Source: Ranitomeya imitator (Eukaryota). Taken from it: a stretch of 64,000 nucleotides of DNA. The translations under genes were made by a program, and so were the position numbers. The notes under the pieces are model-generated. The model did not search any database and was not told the DNA's origin. It saw only the letters and a list, made by a program, of their open reading frames with translations. This document shows positions 37,681 to 50,301 of this stretch, one piece after another. Numbering within the stretch: the first letter of the stretch is position 1; each line of letters begins with the position of its first letter. The DNA lies in the NCBI RefSeq assembly GCF_032444005.1, contig NC_091290.1, positions 10,726,001 to 10,790,000 of the forward strand, read 5' to 3'.

Positions 37681-37839
37681 GACTGTTTACGGGCATGCCA
37701 AGAACAGATCGAGCTGCTCCTCGAGTCCAGTTTGCGCCAAGCATCCCAACCAATCAATAGCTCATCAGACACAAAATCCGTCATAGACGAAACAGACCTT
37801 TCCTGCACCCCAACCGATGTCCGGGATGTGAACATCTGA
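37681..37839 (+). CDS. ccnd1: Cyclin D1 coding exon 5 (52 aa plus stop; TP phosphodegron Thr282, equivalent to human Thr286)
   Basis: ttctag|GAC; [52 protein letters not shown]. Exons sum to 192+216+160+149+159 = 876 nt = 291 aa plus stop. Confidence 0.97.
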   Translation, partial: DCLRACQEQIELLLESSLRQASQPINSSSDTKSVIDETDLSCTPTDVRDVNI

Positions 37840-40800
37840 TGACGGATGGGGAAGAAAATAATTAAAAATCAATTTTTTTTGACTTTCTGGCAACGGAATG
37901 TGAGGTTTGCATATGTCTCCCGGAAATGAACTTCGCCCATAATCCTCATCAAAAAGAGCCAATCCTATGGACATATATCTTCGGGAAGAAATATAACTTT
38001 TTTTTTTCCCTATATACCTGTGACGTACAATAACACCCAGAAAAAAAAATTCTTTAAAAAAAAAAAAAGCAACAAAAAGTGAAAATAGTATTCGCATAGG
38101 CCGACATTGGGGTTTGTGCTTGGAAAAAAGAGAATTTTTATAATCAACTAGTTTTATATTCTACGTGTTCATGTCTATATGTTGTAAGAATAGACATTAA
38201 CACAAGACACAATGTCTCCAGGGGAGGTACTAAAAAAAAACAAAAAAATTGGTTCCTTATGTGTATGCAGCCATTTTTAATGTAGAAGAGGTTTTTTTCG
38301 TTAGAATTGTTTGGGGAAAAAAATTCCACGATCTTCTTTTTTTTTTTTTTTATTATAATGTTTTTGTTTTTTTGCTTTTTCCGCTCTCGGCGTCTCTATA
38401 GTCTGCTTGCTATTGCATGTAGTCACTTTATACTCTTTCTCTGTGTTTATTATTATTTTTTATTTTACCTTTTTTAGTTTTTGTATCCTCTTCACTTTAT
38501 AAATGGTCAATGTAACCCATACTATAGCATATGTTAGTATAGTGCATTACTATATGTTAATCATTATTGTATGGCCTTGTGGATTGCCTGTGTCTATGGC
38601 TTGTTAGGATGCCAGTTTTGGTTTATTTTTTTTCTTTACGTCTCAAGCCTTAGGTTTCCTGACCTCTATTTTACTGTTGTTAAGAGATAGTGATGGTAAT
38701 ATATTATATTTTTTATAATCTTTGGTATTTTTGTAACTCCCTCTGTGTTTAAAAAAAAAAAAATCCAAAAACTGGCATCGGCCCACCTTGGGCACCCGAT
38801 TTCCATCCTAACCCCTTCTCCCAAGCCTAAAATAGTCAGGAATTTAATCCACAGACCATTTTTTTTGTGTGTTCTATTCTAAAACCATTCCATTTCAAAG
38901 CACTTTGGGTCCTTTTTTTAAGTTTTTAGAGAATACATGGGAAATAACAAAATAAAAATGGAATGGTTTGGAATTCGGAACTGGACGGCAAAGAAAGTGA
39001 TTACTACTATAAAGCTCAAATGGGCGGGGGATGGGGTAAGGAGAGATCTGTGGCTCAGAGTATTCTTGGCAGTTGTAGTTTGGCCATAATGTGGGCCGTT
39101 GCGGTCTTAAAGGGATAGGATTGGCGACCGGGTTGCATTTTCAAGAATGTCAAGGGTTCAAAATGGCCGTCTTAGTTAGGTGTCTGTAATGAGTACGGTC
39201 TCGGGATCATACCTAGGTATTAGAAAATGTGAACACAGCATAAATAGATCCTGTTTGATTTCCTCCCTTCGCCATGCTAAGGTGTATGCTGTGTTCAGTT
39301 TTATATGTTTGCGTAAGGGCAAGTTAGCGTTAAGGCTTTATCACAGGTTTATGTCAAAGAAGCTTTTGTTCTCATTTTTTTTTTTTCAACACTAAACTAT
39401 ATAATTTATCGCTAAGGTTTAAGTAAATATTTATTGCAAGAGATCCTTACAAGGCCAGTACCACCTTAAAAAAAATAAAATAAATAAATTAAAAAAAAAA
39501 TTGCAACTTCCCCCTTGAAATATACTTTTTGGAGGTTCCCACCACCCATCGCGGCTGTCAACACTGACGATTCCGCGTCGCTCACACAAAGCACTGTCAA
39601 TCTTAATCGCGGAGATTGTGTACTTGAAATTAGCCATCTTAAAATTCTCCCTCCATCGGCCCCTCGCCCTCTCCATCCTCATCCCACCCAAGTCCTTGTC
39701 CCACCACTTTTTGTTCTTGGCTAAAAGACACACAAAAAAAAATCTATAAAAAAAAAAAAAAAATTTGCACAATGAACCTCTAAACCTTTGTATTTTATGG
39801 AAAAAAAATTGTTTTTTGAAGGGTAGCGGTTGACTTCGGAAGAGAATGTATTGATGATGAGCTGCGCATGTGAGAAAATGTCCTTACGGTGTTGATTGTT
39901 TTAAAGAAAAAAAATAATAAGGAAAAAAAAAAGGAAAAATGTCAAAAAAAAAAAGGGGGGATTTCTCCAGTTTTATTAAAGCTGCTATGGATTTAAACTC
40001 CCAGTATGGTTTTGAAAAGTTTAGAAAAAAAAAAACCAGTGCTTTTCTGTATCTTACGTCATTGTTTTATTTTGCTGCTATTATGTCGTAGTCCTTTTTT
40101 GTTATGTATTGTCTTATACTGCCAATTTCTAGAATTTAATTTTCTCATAGAAAATTATAATGTCGACTTCCATGTGTTTTTTTTTTTTTTTTTATGATTT
40201 TTTTTTTTATGTCAGTTTTTACTTTATTGTGATTACTGCTCAATTCCAAAAAGAAAAAAAAAAGTTCTTGTTTCACAATACCTCATGTCTCATTGTTGTC
40301 ACGTCCAGGTTTTTATTGCACCCTGGGTCCAGAATTATCATTATTGGTCTATTTTTAGTTTTTTAAATATGTATTTCAATCGTTCTAGAGACTTTCGACT
40401 TTCCATTGGAATGTGTGTAAAGTTGGCTTTACCGGCATTGACCTTGGTTGGCCCCATTATTGTTGGTTGTTGAGGTGCAACTGAGACCTCCGCCCTTTGG
40501 CCATTGTTCTTTAGTAACCTTGTACGGTTGGAAATATATATAAAAAAAAAAACAAGACCTCATTTCAGGTCAATGCTATTAAGGGGTATTTTGTTGATGT
40601 AACTATTGGGGGTCGAGAAACTTTTAGGTTATTGTTGGACTGAATGGGATAACATGCTGGACCTTGTACCAAAGCATGAGTTGGATGTGCACAGTCCAGA
40701 AGTTTCATTGGCATCATTATGGTTTATTACTATTAAGAATTTTTGGGATTAACTTTTGGGGGATAAATTACCTTTAGATGTTGTCGGACTTTGAGGCTCA

Positions 40801-42790
40801 AGATGTTGGAACTCTTAGCAACTCAATGACCATAGATTGCGTTGGATAAGGCCAATTACGTACTTAGGGGTCAATACTATCAAGACTTGTTTGGATTGAT
40901 CTTTCGGGATCATTGACCTTTTTTGATGGTGGTGGACATTGGCCCAGCATGCTGGAACCCGCAGCCACTCATTGATCATAGATTGCATTGGATAAGGCCC
41001 AGTACTTCATTAGGAATTCGAAGCTATTAAGAAATTTTGGGATTGATATTTGAAGGTCCATGAACTTTTTAGATTATGTTGGACTTTGTGGCTCAGTATG
41101 CTGGAAATCGGAGCCACGTAATGATCGTAGAGTGAGTTGGAAGACCTCATTAGGAGTCAACGCTGAAATTTTTGGACTGACCTTTGGGGGTCAACGATAT
41201 TTTTAGACTGTGTTGGACTTTGGCCCAGCATGCTGAAACTCATAGCCACTCAATGACCATAGATTGTGTTGGATAAGGCCAACAACGTCAATAGGAGTCA
41301 ACGCTATGAAGACCTTTTTAGATTGATGTTTGGTGGTCAATGAACTTTTTAGATGGTGATAACGACTGTGTGGTTCAGCATGCTGGAACTCGTAGCCAAC
41401 CAGTGATCATAGAGTGAGTTGCAGAAGCCTAATGACATCATAAGGGGTCAATACTATTGAGACTTCTTTTGGATTGACCTTTGGGGGGGGAGGCAATGAG
41501 CTTTTTAGTTGTTGGTGGCCTTTGTGGATCATCATGCTGGAAATCAAAGCCACTCGATGACCGTAGAATGAGTTGAATGACCTCATTAGGAGTCAATTCT
41601 ATTAAGAAATTTCTGGAATGACCATTGTGGGCCAATACATTTGTGTTTTTTACGACTTTGTGGGGATGAGGAGGCCAGTATGTGAAAACTTTTAGATGCA
41701 TGACTGCAGTGGAATAAATTGGGACATGGCCAACGTGCACAATCCAAGGGAGGAATTGGCATTGTTATGAGACAGTACTTAAAATTTTTTTTGGGATTTA
41801 TCTTTAAGGGTCACTACTATTAGAAAAAAAATGACCATTGTGAGTTTAGGAACCTTATGGGACTGTTGTGGGCCTACATGGCGGAACTTATAGCTACATG
41901 ACTACAGTAAAGTGAGTTACACCAGGCCTGCGCACAGTCCGAAGGGGGGGGGGAAAAACTCCACGTTGCACCTCTTTGTGATTGAAGTCAAGTTTTAGGT
42001 TGTTCGTAGAATGTTACTTTACATTTGATACCACTGTTTTTGTAGATGAAGCTCGTCACATGGAAATGTCAGTAGAGTAGGTACTGTTGGTCTGGATCGG
42101 ATGGAAGGTGCTCAGTGCCAAAATGAAAAGAAGGCATCAACATCTCAAATGTATCACCGCAAACCAGCTAATGCTCTTACATGGAAAAAAAATATTTAAT
42201 AAAAGCTCAGCTGGGCTCTGCATGCTGCTAAACCAAATCCAAATTGGTAGGGAGTAAGAACTTACAAAAATAATTGAGGGTTAATTTAATTTTTTTATTT
42301 TCTACTGCCAGGATCCACAAGTACGTGGCGCATCCTGTCCAAAAATTCCAGGAATATTTTTGCTTTTATTTTACTGTTTACCTCAAAAACTTCCATATGA
42401 TCTAAAACTTTTTTTTTTCTCTCTCTCCTGGACCAAATGTGATAACGTCCCGGTAATTTTTTACAAAATTTTTATGTGTTTAAGTTTGATTTTTATTTTA
42501 TTTTGCTGGGGCAGCATGTGAACAACTCTTGTTCTCACCTATTGTGACTCCTATAAGGCCAAAGTCTGTTGGTTCATGTTTTAATAGATGGGTAATGTTA
42601 CTTTATTTACAGGTTTTTTTTGTTATTGTTAATTAGCCAATCAGTCAATATTTTTGCATCTTGTTCATGATGGTCGGTCTGAAACGCACATTGTCACCAA
42701 CAGACCGTTATGTAATACATTATATTTTGAATTGAATGACAAAAAAAAAAACTAGGAATAAACCGTACAGAAAAAAACCCAAAACAATTT
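37840..42790 (+). other. ccnd1: Putative long ccnd1 3' UTR with candidate distal poly(A) signal AATAAA at 42757-42762
   Basis: AT-rich sequence after the stop. Blocks at about 38870-38970, 39388-39460 and 39960-40290 resemble the mammalian CCND1 3' UTR as I recall it. The AATAAA is followed by a GU/U-rich tract at about 42789-42810. The 3' end is not proven. Confidence 0.55.
40560..41900. repeat. Old, diverged tandem repeat of about 145-150 bp, about 9 copies
   Basis: The ctattaag-like anchor recurs at 40576, 40730, 40877, 41024, 41304, 41454 and 41599. Confidence 0.75.
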
Positions 42791-43025
42791 CTTGTGGTGT
42801 TATTTTTTTTCACACTTGATGAAAATACCAGAGATGTCTGATTATTGGACTAGTGGCGTTCTTCGTGCATATAGACTAGTTCTTCTGATTTGTCATGGTC
42901 GGACATTGCTTCCCCAAATTGGCAGTAGCCCCACAGAAGTCAGAGGAGACGAAATGCATCACTCAGAGATAGAAAACTTTCAATTGAATAGTTCAAAACT
43001 ATTTTGAGTTTCAATAAATATGCGT

Positions 43026-43327
43026 TTTTTTTTTTACCTTGTATAAATGCCGCTGTTATCCTGAATCCAACGACATTTTTTTCTTGTTCCTGCGCCTCTC
43101 CATTCCTGAGATACGGCCCCTCTTTCCCTGTCTTTCTGGTTAATTTTATCCAAGTGGGTGTGGTTCTCGGCTCCTCAGGGGACGTCTTTTTGAGGACAAC
43201 TCCCAGTTAGCTAAACAGATTATTTGTATTCTGGGAAGAGAGGGCCAGATCTCAGGAACGGAAAGGAGCAGAGATAAAAGAAAAACCATGCTGGATTCAG
43301 GAGAACAGCGGCAGGTAAAAAAAAAAG
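43026..43327. mobile_element. Imperfect palindromic MITE-like element
   Basis: Arms gccgctgttatcctgaatcca / tggattcaggagaacagcggc and tcctgagat / atctcagga. Confidence 0.55.
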
Positions 43328-44676
43328 TTTAAAATTTTGCCTACAGTTACAAATTATCCCTACAAAAATATTAAGTGATAAATGTATGTATGATCAGGTG
43401 GGGAGATCCCTACGGGGCCTGTGTACCCCTGGTGAATGAGACGGCAGTGCTCGTGTGCATTCCCTGACTATCATCATGCACACTAATGCTGCATTCACAT
43501 GAGACTTGTGGACCTCATTTCTAAGGATCTAACAGACCCGAAACAGATCATACATCTATAACCTATCCTGTAGTCTAGATTTGGAATAATCCCTTTAAGA
43601 GAGTTCTATCTTTTCATTTCGCAATTGTGTAATTTTAAGACCTCTCTCTTTTACAGGAGTTATTTTTTTTTGCTTTGAAGCTCCCTCTAATTTTTAGATG
43701 TTTCCCCTAAAAATAAACTGATCGAAGTGTCCTGCCGCTTTGTTAAAATGTGGGAGAACTTGGCAGCAAATGTTAGATTTCTCTGCGGTGACCCTACAGG
43801 AGAAGGTGAGCATCACACCTTTTGAAATCGGTGGGATTTCCGTGTAATGCATATACTTGTTGGGTTCTCCAGAAAGAGGGATAATTTGTCAAATATCCCG
43901 ATCAGGGCCTTCTTCATAATGTGCCCTATCTCAGCATCACGGGTGGTAGCACCACTGAGCTGAGTACTCGACCGCTTCCTGGACTGGGCACGTCATGTTT
44001 TGGCCTCTTAGCATTTTGCCCATCAAATAAGTCACAGACTACGCTGATAATTTTTGGACAGTTTGGCATCTAGAACTGAACAGCCTTGCCAACGTTGTGC
44101 TATCCCTCCTCCTCCCCCGGCGTACGTAGCCACATAAATTAGCGAGTGGGCAGCGGTGAGTGATTGATGCTCCGCTATTTGCCGATACAGGACAGAAAGT
44201 CAGTGGAAAATTAAGTAGACAGAAAATTCCTTGTACCGTAATTCAAAATAATTTTGGGGTCAGATTTAAAGTAATAATCTGGGCAAAAGCTTTAGATTAT
44301 GGTTGTCCTGCAGAGCGAAGGCGCCCGCCTCACCCCAAAGTTTCAATTCCGAACTTAAAGGAACAACAATGGGTGACTTGGGCGCCACCACTCAAGGCAA
44401 TAACTAGGTTCTCCGCTCGTGTCCAGTGTGTCACATTTACAGGGAGGTTTAGAAAAAGTCAAGTACAGACTCATTCAAGTTAGCAAAGAGGTGATCCTCT
44501 ACTGACCAAGTCCTAGCCTGCACGGGGCACTGTCTCAAAACCCTTTACATATGCCCCCTTAAGACTTTAGAAACCATCAGTAGTTCCCACGGACAGATCT
44601 TTATATTCCTATTGTGTCTACAAGTCCTGGTTTACATATAAATGCCTCAATGTGTTGAGCACGACTGCAGAAAATC

Positions 44677-45042
44677 CTAATGTATCCCATATATTATTCC
44701 GAACTTTACACCCTTGTACACTCACAGTACTTAGTTACTAATGTATCCCATGTATTATTCAGAATTTTACACCCTTGTACACTCACAGTACTTAGTTACT
44801 AATGTATCCCATATATTATTCAGAATTTTACACCCTTGTACACTCACAGTACTTAGTTACTAATGTATCCCATGTATTATTCAGAACTTTACACCCTTGT
44901 ACACTCACAGTACTTGGTTACTAATGTATCCCATGTATTATTCAGAATTTTACACCCTTGTACACTCACAGTACTTAGTTACTAATGTATCCCATGTATT
45001 ATTCAGAACTTTACACCCTTGTACACTCACAGTACTTGGTTA
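44677..45042. repeat. 61-bp tandem repeat x6
   Basis: ctaatgtatccc at 44677, 44738, 44799, 44860, 44921 and 44982. Confidence 0.95.
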
Positions 45043-45892
45043 CACTTTTTATGTGTTTTTATTGCGATCAGTAAACTAGCCTGCTCGATTACTGTTTCCG
45101 GTGAGTGGTGTAATGTAGGGGGTTAAAGCACTAATGGATTCTGAGTTTCTTATCGGACCAATATCCAACTATTTGAGCTTTTCAACACATAAATCCGTGC
45201 CCGCTGCCTTATAAGTGAATTATCCTCCAGGGACCTGACAGCTGTGCGGGAGGCGCCTTTCGGGGATTCTTGCCCACACGGGATGCGTGCATTTTTACGC
45301 TGCATCCATGTGATGAGGGGATCACAGACAGAATGTGGAGTATGAAACAAAGTCCTGGAACAGATGAGCGTCTGATAATAAAGATGGGCTCGGTTATTGG
45401 GCAAACCTGGCAGTATTGGGTCAACTTGCCAATTGCTAATTAGATTTTTTTGGGTGCCACAATCATTAGTAAGTGCCCCCTTCACTTCACATTCCATGTT
45501 TCGCCCTTGATCGCCCTACCTATGGCTCTGCTGCCATTCACACTCTGGTAGTCGCTGACTGGGCTTTTCTTACTTTTCCTACAGCGATAATGTCATGTAC
45601 ATCCATTTGACCGCTGCAGACCATCATCAGTCTTGGCATTCCAGCGCTATGCATGCAAGCTTCGATTCAGAGGCCAGTGATTGGCTGCAGCGGTCACATG
45701 GATGTACAGCGCGTTATCTGTGAAAAAGTGAGTCGGATTATCATTTTATAAAATATTTCCTGCCGGAACTTTAAATTTCTTACACTCTTACACAACCCCT
45801 TTAAGATTTGGCTCAGTGAACTTATCCACTGACTGCTGCAGCTGTCACTGAGCAGGTGCAGCAGCATAAAGGGCAGAGATAACTGCTCGCGT

Positions 45893-45925
45893 GCTCCCTC
45901 TGCTGGTCACTGTCTGGAACTGCAG
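45893..45925 (-). promoter_or_regulatory. CTCF motif, core plus upstream (ZF9-11) module
   Basis: Minus strand CTGCAGTTCC-agacag-TGACCAGCAGAGGGAGC. Confidence 0.7.
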
Positions 45926-46262
45926 GACTCAATTTGTGAAAATCGCACATCACACTGTTGCAATTAATTTTCTCGATTCATTTGTTATTTATAGTTTTTT
46001 TTCCACGATTTCATTATTCAGCATCAAATTGGAGACTGAATATGGTTAGATATGCACCGCAGGCGTTGTAATAAATTTGGCGTGTTTCGACCTTTAATCC
46101 ACCTGAGCGTTTTTCATGTTCCTTATCCCTTCAATTTAAAGGGATTTTTCCGATAAGTGATGCCATATGGGGGACCGCTGCTTGTAGTAAAGGGGGCACA
46201 GCGCTAGTTTAGTGCAGCACCCTCTGTATTTCCCTGCACAGTCCCGGGCATCACCATGATAA

Positions 46263-47387
46263 CACTGGTCAACAGCATTTTTGGTGCCAAAGATATTACA
46301 TCGAATTTAGGGTAACTTTGCGGTGCTGATTCTGAATATGTCATCAGTTTTGCCAGATTGGCTCAAGTTTTTGAGATTTTTGGCATCTTATTTATAGCAC
46401 TTGTTGGTAAATGCGACGCATCATCTCATTAATTTCTTTGGATTAGTACTTGAACTGAGCAGTTCTCAATATAGTTTTGTGTTAATTAGTGTTCTAAAAG
46501 TTTGTTCATAGCTTGATTTTTGCACTAACTTTATGTTGTTGTCTGTTTTCCAGTGAAAAGCATGAACTCATCAAGAAGAAGTTGTCTTAACGATCCAGAC
46601 TCATTCTGTTACATTTGTGGTGAATACACACTGCCAAAACATAGAAGAAACATAACAGACTTCGTAAAAAAAGTGTATTTTGCCTATTTTGGGGTTATGC
46701 TTGGGGACCAAGACAAGTTTTGGGCACCACACATAGTGTGCAAAGCATGTATCGAATTATTACGAAAATGGAGCAAAGGACAAAGAAAAAGCTTCAAATT
46801 TGGTGTTCCAATGGTGTGGAGAGAGCAAAAAAATCATCATGATGACTGTTATTTCTGTGCAGTGCAAGTGCAAGGATTCAATAAGCATAAGAAACGAAAA
46901 TGGGAGTATCCTAACATGGAATCTGCAAGAAGGCCTGTCCCTCATTGTGAAGATGTGCCTGTACCTGTGTTTACCATGTTACCTGACCTTCCCCCACCTG
47001 ATGATGATGAAATGTGTATTCACCACAAATGTAACAGAATGAGTCTGGATCGTTAAGACAACTTCTTCTTGATGAGTTCATGCTTTTCACTGGAAAACAG
47101 ACAACAACATAAAGTTAGTGCAAAAATCAAGCTATGAACAAACTTTTAGAACACTAATTAACACAAAACTATATTGAGAACTGCTCAGTTCAAGTACTAA
47201 TCCAAAGAAATTAATGAGATGATGCGTCGCATTTACCAACAAGTGCTATAAATAAGATACCAAAAATCTCAAAAACTTGAGCCAATCTGGCAAAACTGAT
47301 AGCATATTCAGAATCAGCACCCCAAAAATACCCCAAATTCATTAAAATATTTTGGACACCAGAAAAAAAATTTTTTGTTGTTGACCA
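46263..47387 (+). mobile_element. Non-autonomous DNA transposon derivative, probably Chapaev3 group (CMC), with internal 309-bp fold-back
   Basis: Left end taa|CACTGGTCAACA and right end TGTTGACCA. Transposase N-terminus with CYICG, WAPHIVCKAC, PMVWRE..NHHDDCYFC and YP..ESARRPVPH motifs. Superfamily assignment is from recall only. Confidence 0.75.
46562..47012 (+). pseudogene. Truncated transposase N-terminus (Cys/His-rich zinc-finger-like region), no catalytic domain
   Basis: ATG at 46562 preceded by an acceptor-like ttttccag. After 47012 the frame enters the inverted duplicate and stops at 47056. Confidence 0.75.
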
Positions 47388-47597
47388 AACTGATGGCGTA
47401 TTCTAAGTGGAGTAAAGAAAATGGCGCAAATCCACATGTGATCATCATTTAGCGCTGCACCACCTTCTACATTTTCAGAGCACAATGATCGACCTGGTCA
47501 CCTGGCTGTGCCCTATTCAATAAAAAGGACCTGCAGAGCAGTACTGCAGCATTTTTTCCACACCTGCCTAAAACTTTTGCTCAGTGCTGTTTATATA

Positions 47598-49170
47598 TGC
47601 TGCTCAAAAACATAAAGGGGACACAAACAACAGAATAGAATTCAGAGTAAATCAAACTTCTGTGAAATCAAACTGTCCACTTAGGAAGTAGCACTGCTGA
47701 CAATCAATCTCACATGCTGTTGTGCAAATGGAATAGACAACAGATGGAAATTATTGGCGATTATTAAGACACCAGCAATAAAGGAGCGGTTCTGCAGGTG
47801 GGGACCACAGACCACATCTCAGTACCAATGCTTTCTGGCTGATGTTTTGGTCATTTTTAAATGTTGGTCGTGCTTTCAAACTCGTGGTAACATGAGACGG
47901 ACTCTACAACCCACACAAGTAGCTCAGGTAGTGCAGCTCATCCAGGATGGCACATCAATGTGAGCTGTGGCACGTCTGTTTGCTGTGTCTGTCAGCGTAG
48001 TGTCCAGAGGCTGGAGGCGCTACCAGGAGACAGGCCAGTACACTAGGAGACGTGGAGGGGGCCGTAGGAGGGCAACAACCCAGCAGTAGGACCGCTACCT
48101 CCGCCTTTGTGCAAGGAGGAAAAGGAGGAGCACTGCCAGAGCCCTGCAAAATGACCTCCAGCAGGCCACAAATGTGCATGTGTCTGTACAATCAGTTAGA
48201 AACCGACTTCATGAGGATGGTCTGAGTGCCCGACATCCACAGATGGGGTTTGTGCTCACAGCCCAACACCGTGCAGAATGCTTGGCATTTGCCACAGAAC
48301 ACCAGAATTGGCAAATTCACCACTGGCGCCCTGTGGTCTTCACAGATGAAAGCAGGTTCACACTGAGAACATGTGACAGACGTGACAGCATGGAGACTCC
48401 GTGGAGAGCGATCTGCTGCCTGCAACATCCTTCAGCATGACCGGTTTGGCAGTGGGTCAGTAATGGTGTGGGGTGGCATTTCTTTGGCGGGACGCACAGC
48501 CCTCCATGTGCTCGCCAGAGGTAGCCTGACTTCCATTATGTACCGGGATGAGATCCTCAGACCCCTTGAGAGATCATATGATGGTGCGGTTGGCCCTGGG
48601 TTCCTCCTAATGCAGGACAATGCCAGACCTCATGTGGCTGGAGTGTGTCAGCAGTTCCTGCAAGATGAAGGCATTGAAGCTATGGACTGGTCCGCGCGTT
48701 CCCCAGACCTGAATCCAATTGAGCACATCTGGGACATCATGTCTCACTCCATCCACCAACGTCACGTTGCACCACAGACTGTCCAGGAGTTGGCGGATGC
48801 TTTAGTCCAGGTCAGGGAGGAGATCCCTCAGGAGACCATCCGCCGCCTCATCAGGAGCATGCCCAGGCGTTGTAGGGAGATCATACAGGCACGTGGAGGC
48901 CACACACACTACTGAGCATCATTTCCTTGTCTTGAGGCATTTCCACTGAAGTTGGATAAGCCTGTAACTTCATTTTCCACTTTGATTTTGAGCATCATTC
49001 CAACTCCAGACCTCCGTGGGATATTAGTTGTGATTTACATTGATCATTTTTAGGTTTTATTGTTCTCAATACATTCCACTATGTAATGAATAAAGATTTA
49101 CAGCTGGAATATTTCATTCAGTGATATCTAGGATGTGGGATTTAGTGTTCTCTTTATTTTTTGGGCAGTG
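47598..49170 (+). mobile_element. Full-length but decayed Tc1 (DD34E) transposon, about 1.57 kb
   Basis: TA|..CTGCTCAAAAACATAAAGGGGACAC ... GTGTTCTCTTTATTTTTTGGGCAGTG|TA. Confidence 0.93.
47892..48915 (+). pseudogene. Tc1 transposase pseudogene
   Basis: [23 protein letters not shown] start; motifs FTDES, MVWGGIS, QDNARPH and SPDLNPIEHIW. Two in-frame stops early and a frameshift near 48385. Confidence 0.92.
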
Positions 49171-50301
49171 TATATATCCCTGCACACAATACGGACATAA
49201 ACAGGCTCTACGTTATACACACATCTGCACGGCGTTCTGTCCATGTGAATGAGGCCTTATTCTCTGCATTATTCTTCCTCGCCCGCCATGCGGCAGCTGC
49301 AGCCGCTCATCTCTGGGAGAAGAGGAATTCTTTCTTCCTTCGACCTCTGGGGACTTTTTCTTGCAATTCCATTGTAAGATGTCGGGGCCGGAGAACAATG
49401 GCGGCGTGTGTTTCTATACTGGTGCTGGTGCAGGCGGCTCAGGCCATGTGACACCGTATACAGTGTTTTGTCATCTTAGGAATGCCTTTGATCAGGAGTT
49501 TTTGCAAGAGAGGAAAGAAAAAAAAAACTGAAACTCTAATCCGTTCCCACAGTCCACTAAACGTGAGCTGGACCAACACTGGACAATGGCAGCGAGGCTT
49601 TGTGCCGGGACAATAGGACCCTCAATATTACCCGGCCCCCGACTCGCCCCGCCGCTCACTAAACTCTTGTATTCCCCATAAAAAAAAACTTTAATTCTAG
49701 AGGATTTTTTGTATAAATTTGCATTGGTTAGTCCCTCTGTTATTCCTCCTGGAAATATAAGAACAACTGTACAGAGGATGTGACCTCCTCATTCTGACAT
49801 TCACGGCTGATCGCTAGAAGATCCGGTCAGAAGACACTTTTTGGAAACCCTCCTAGCAAGTGTCCAAAACCCTTTTTAAAAAATTATTTCAATATTTCAC
49901 AGTCTCTTTTTTTTGTAGCAGGAACCCCTTAAAATAAAATGATCATCTGTAACCTGGAAATAAGGGAGCACTTTTCCTGCAGCGCCTCCAGAGGAGAATA
50001 GAAGGACTGCATGCCGCATGCAATGCCGGGTCCTCCAGAGAAAGAGACGCTCTTTGTAGTCGTGCTAGATTTTGGCTAATTAATCGAGCGGAAATAGGGG
50101 GTGATTTAGGGACCCTCAGCTGTCAGCTCGGAGGAGGGGCACCACTTTAGCCCCTTGGTGTACACATATAAGCTCCATGCAGATATTCGCCATGGTCAAT
50201 GCTAATCAATGAGTCCCTATAGGACGCCTATGTTTCATGGGCCGCCATTGTGACTTCTGTTTTCACTCAATTTCCGGTATTGTCTAATGAACATCAGGGC
50301 A

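Noticed and set aside
49972-49998. Additional CTCF-like match
   Set aside because: It lacks the invariant AG and is one base short in the core.
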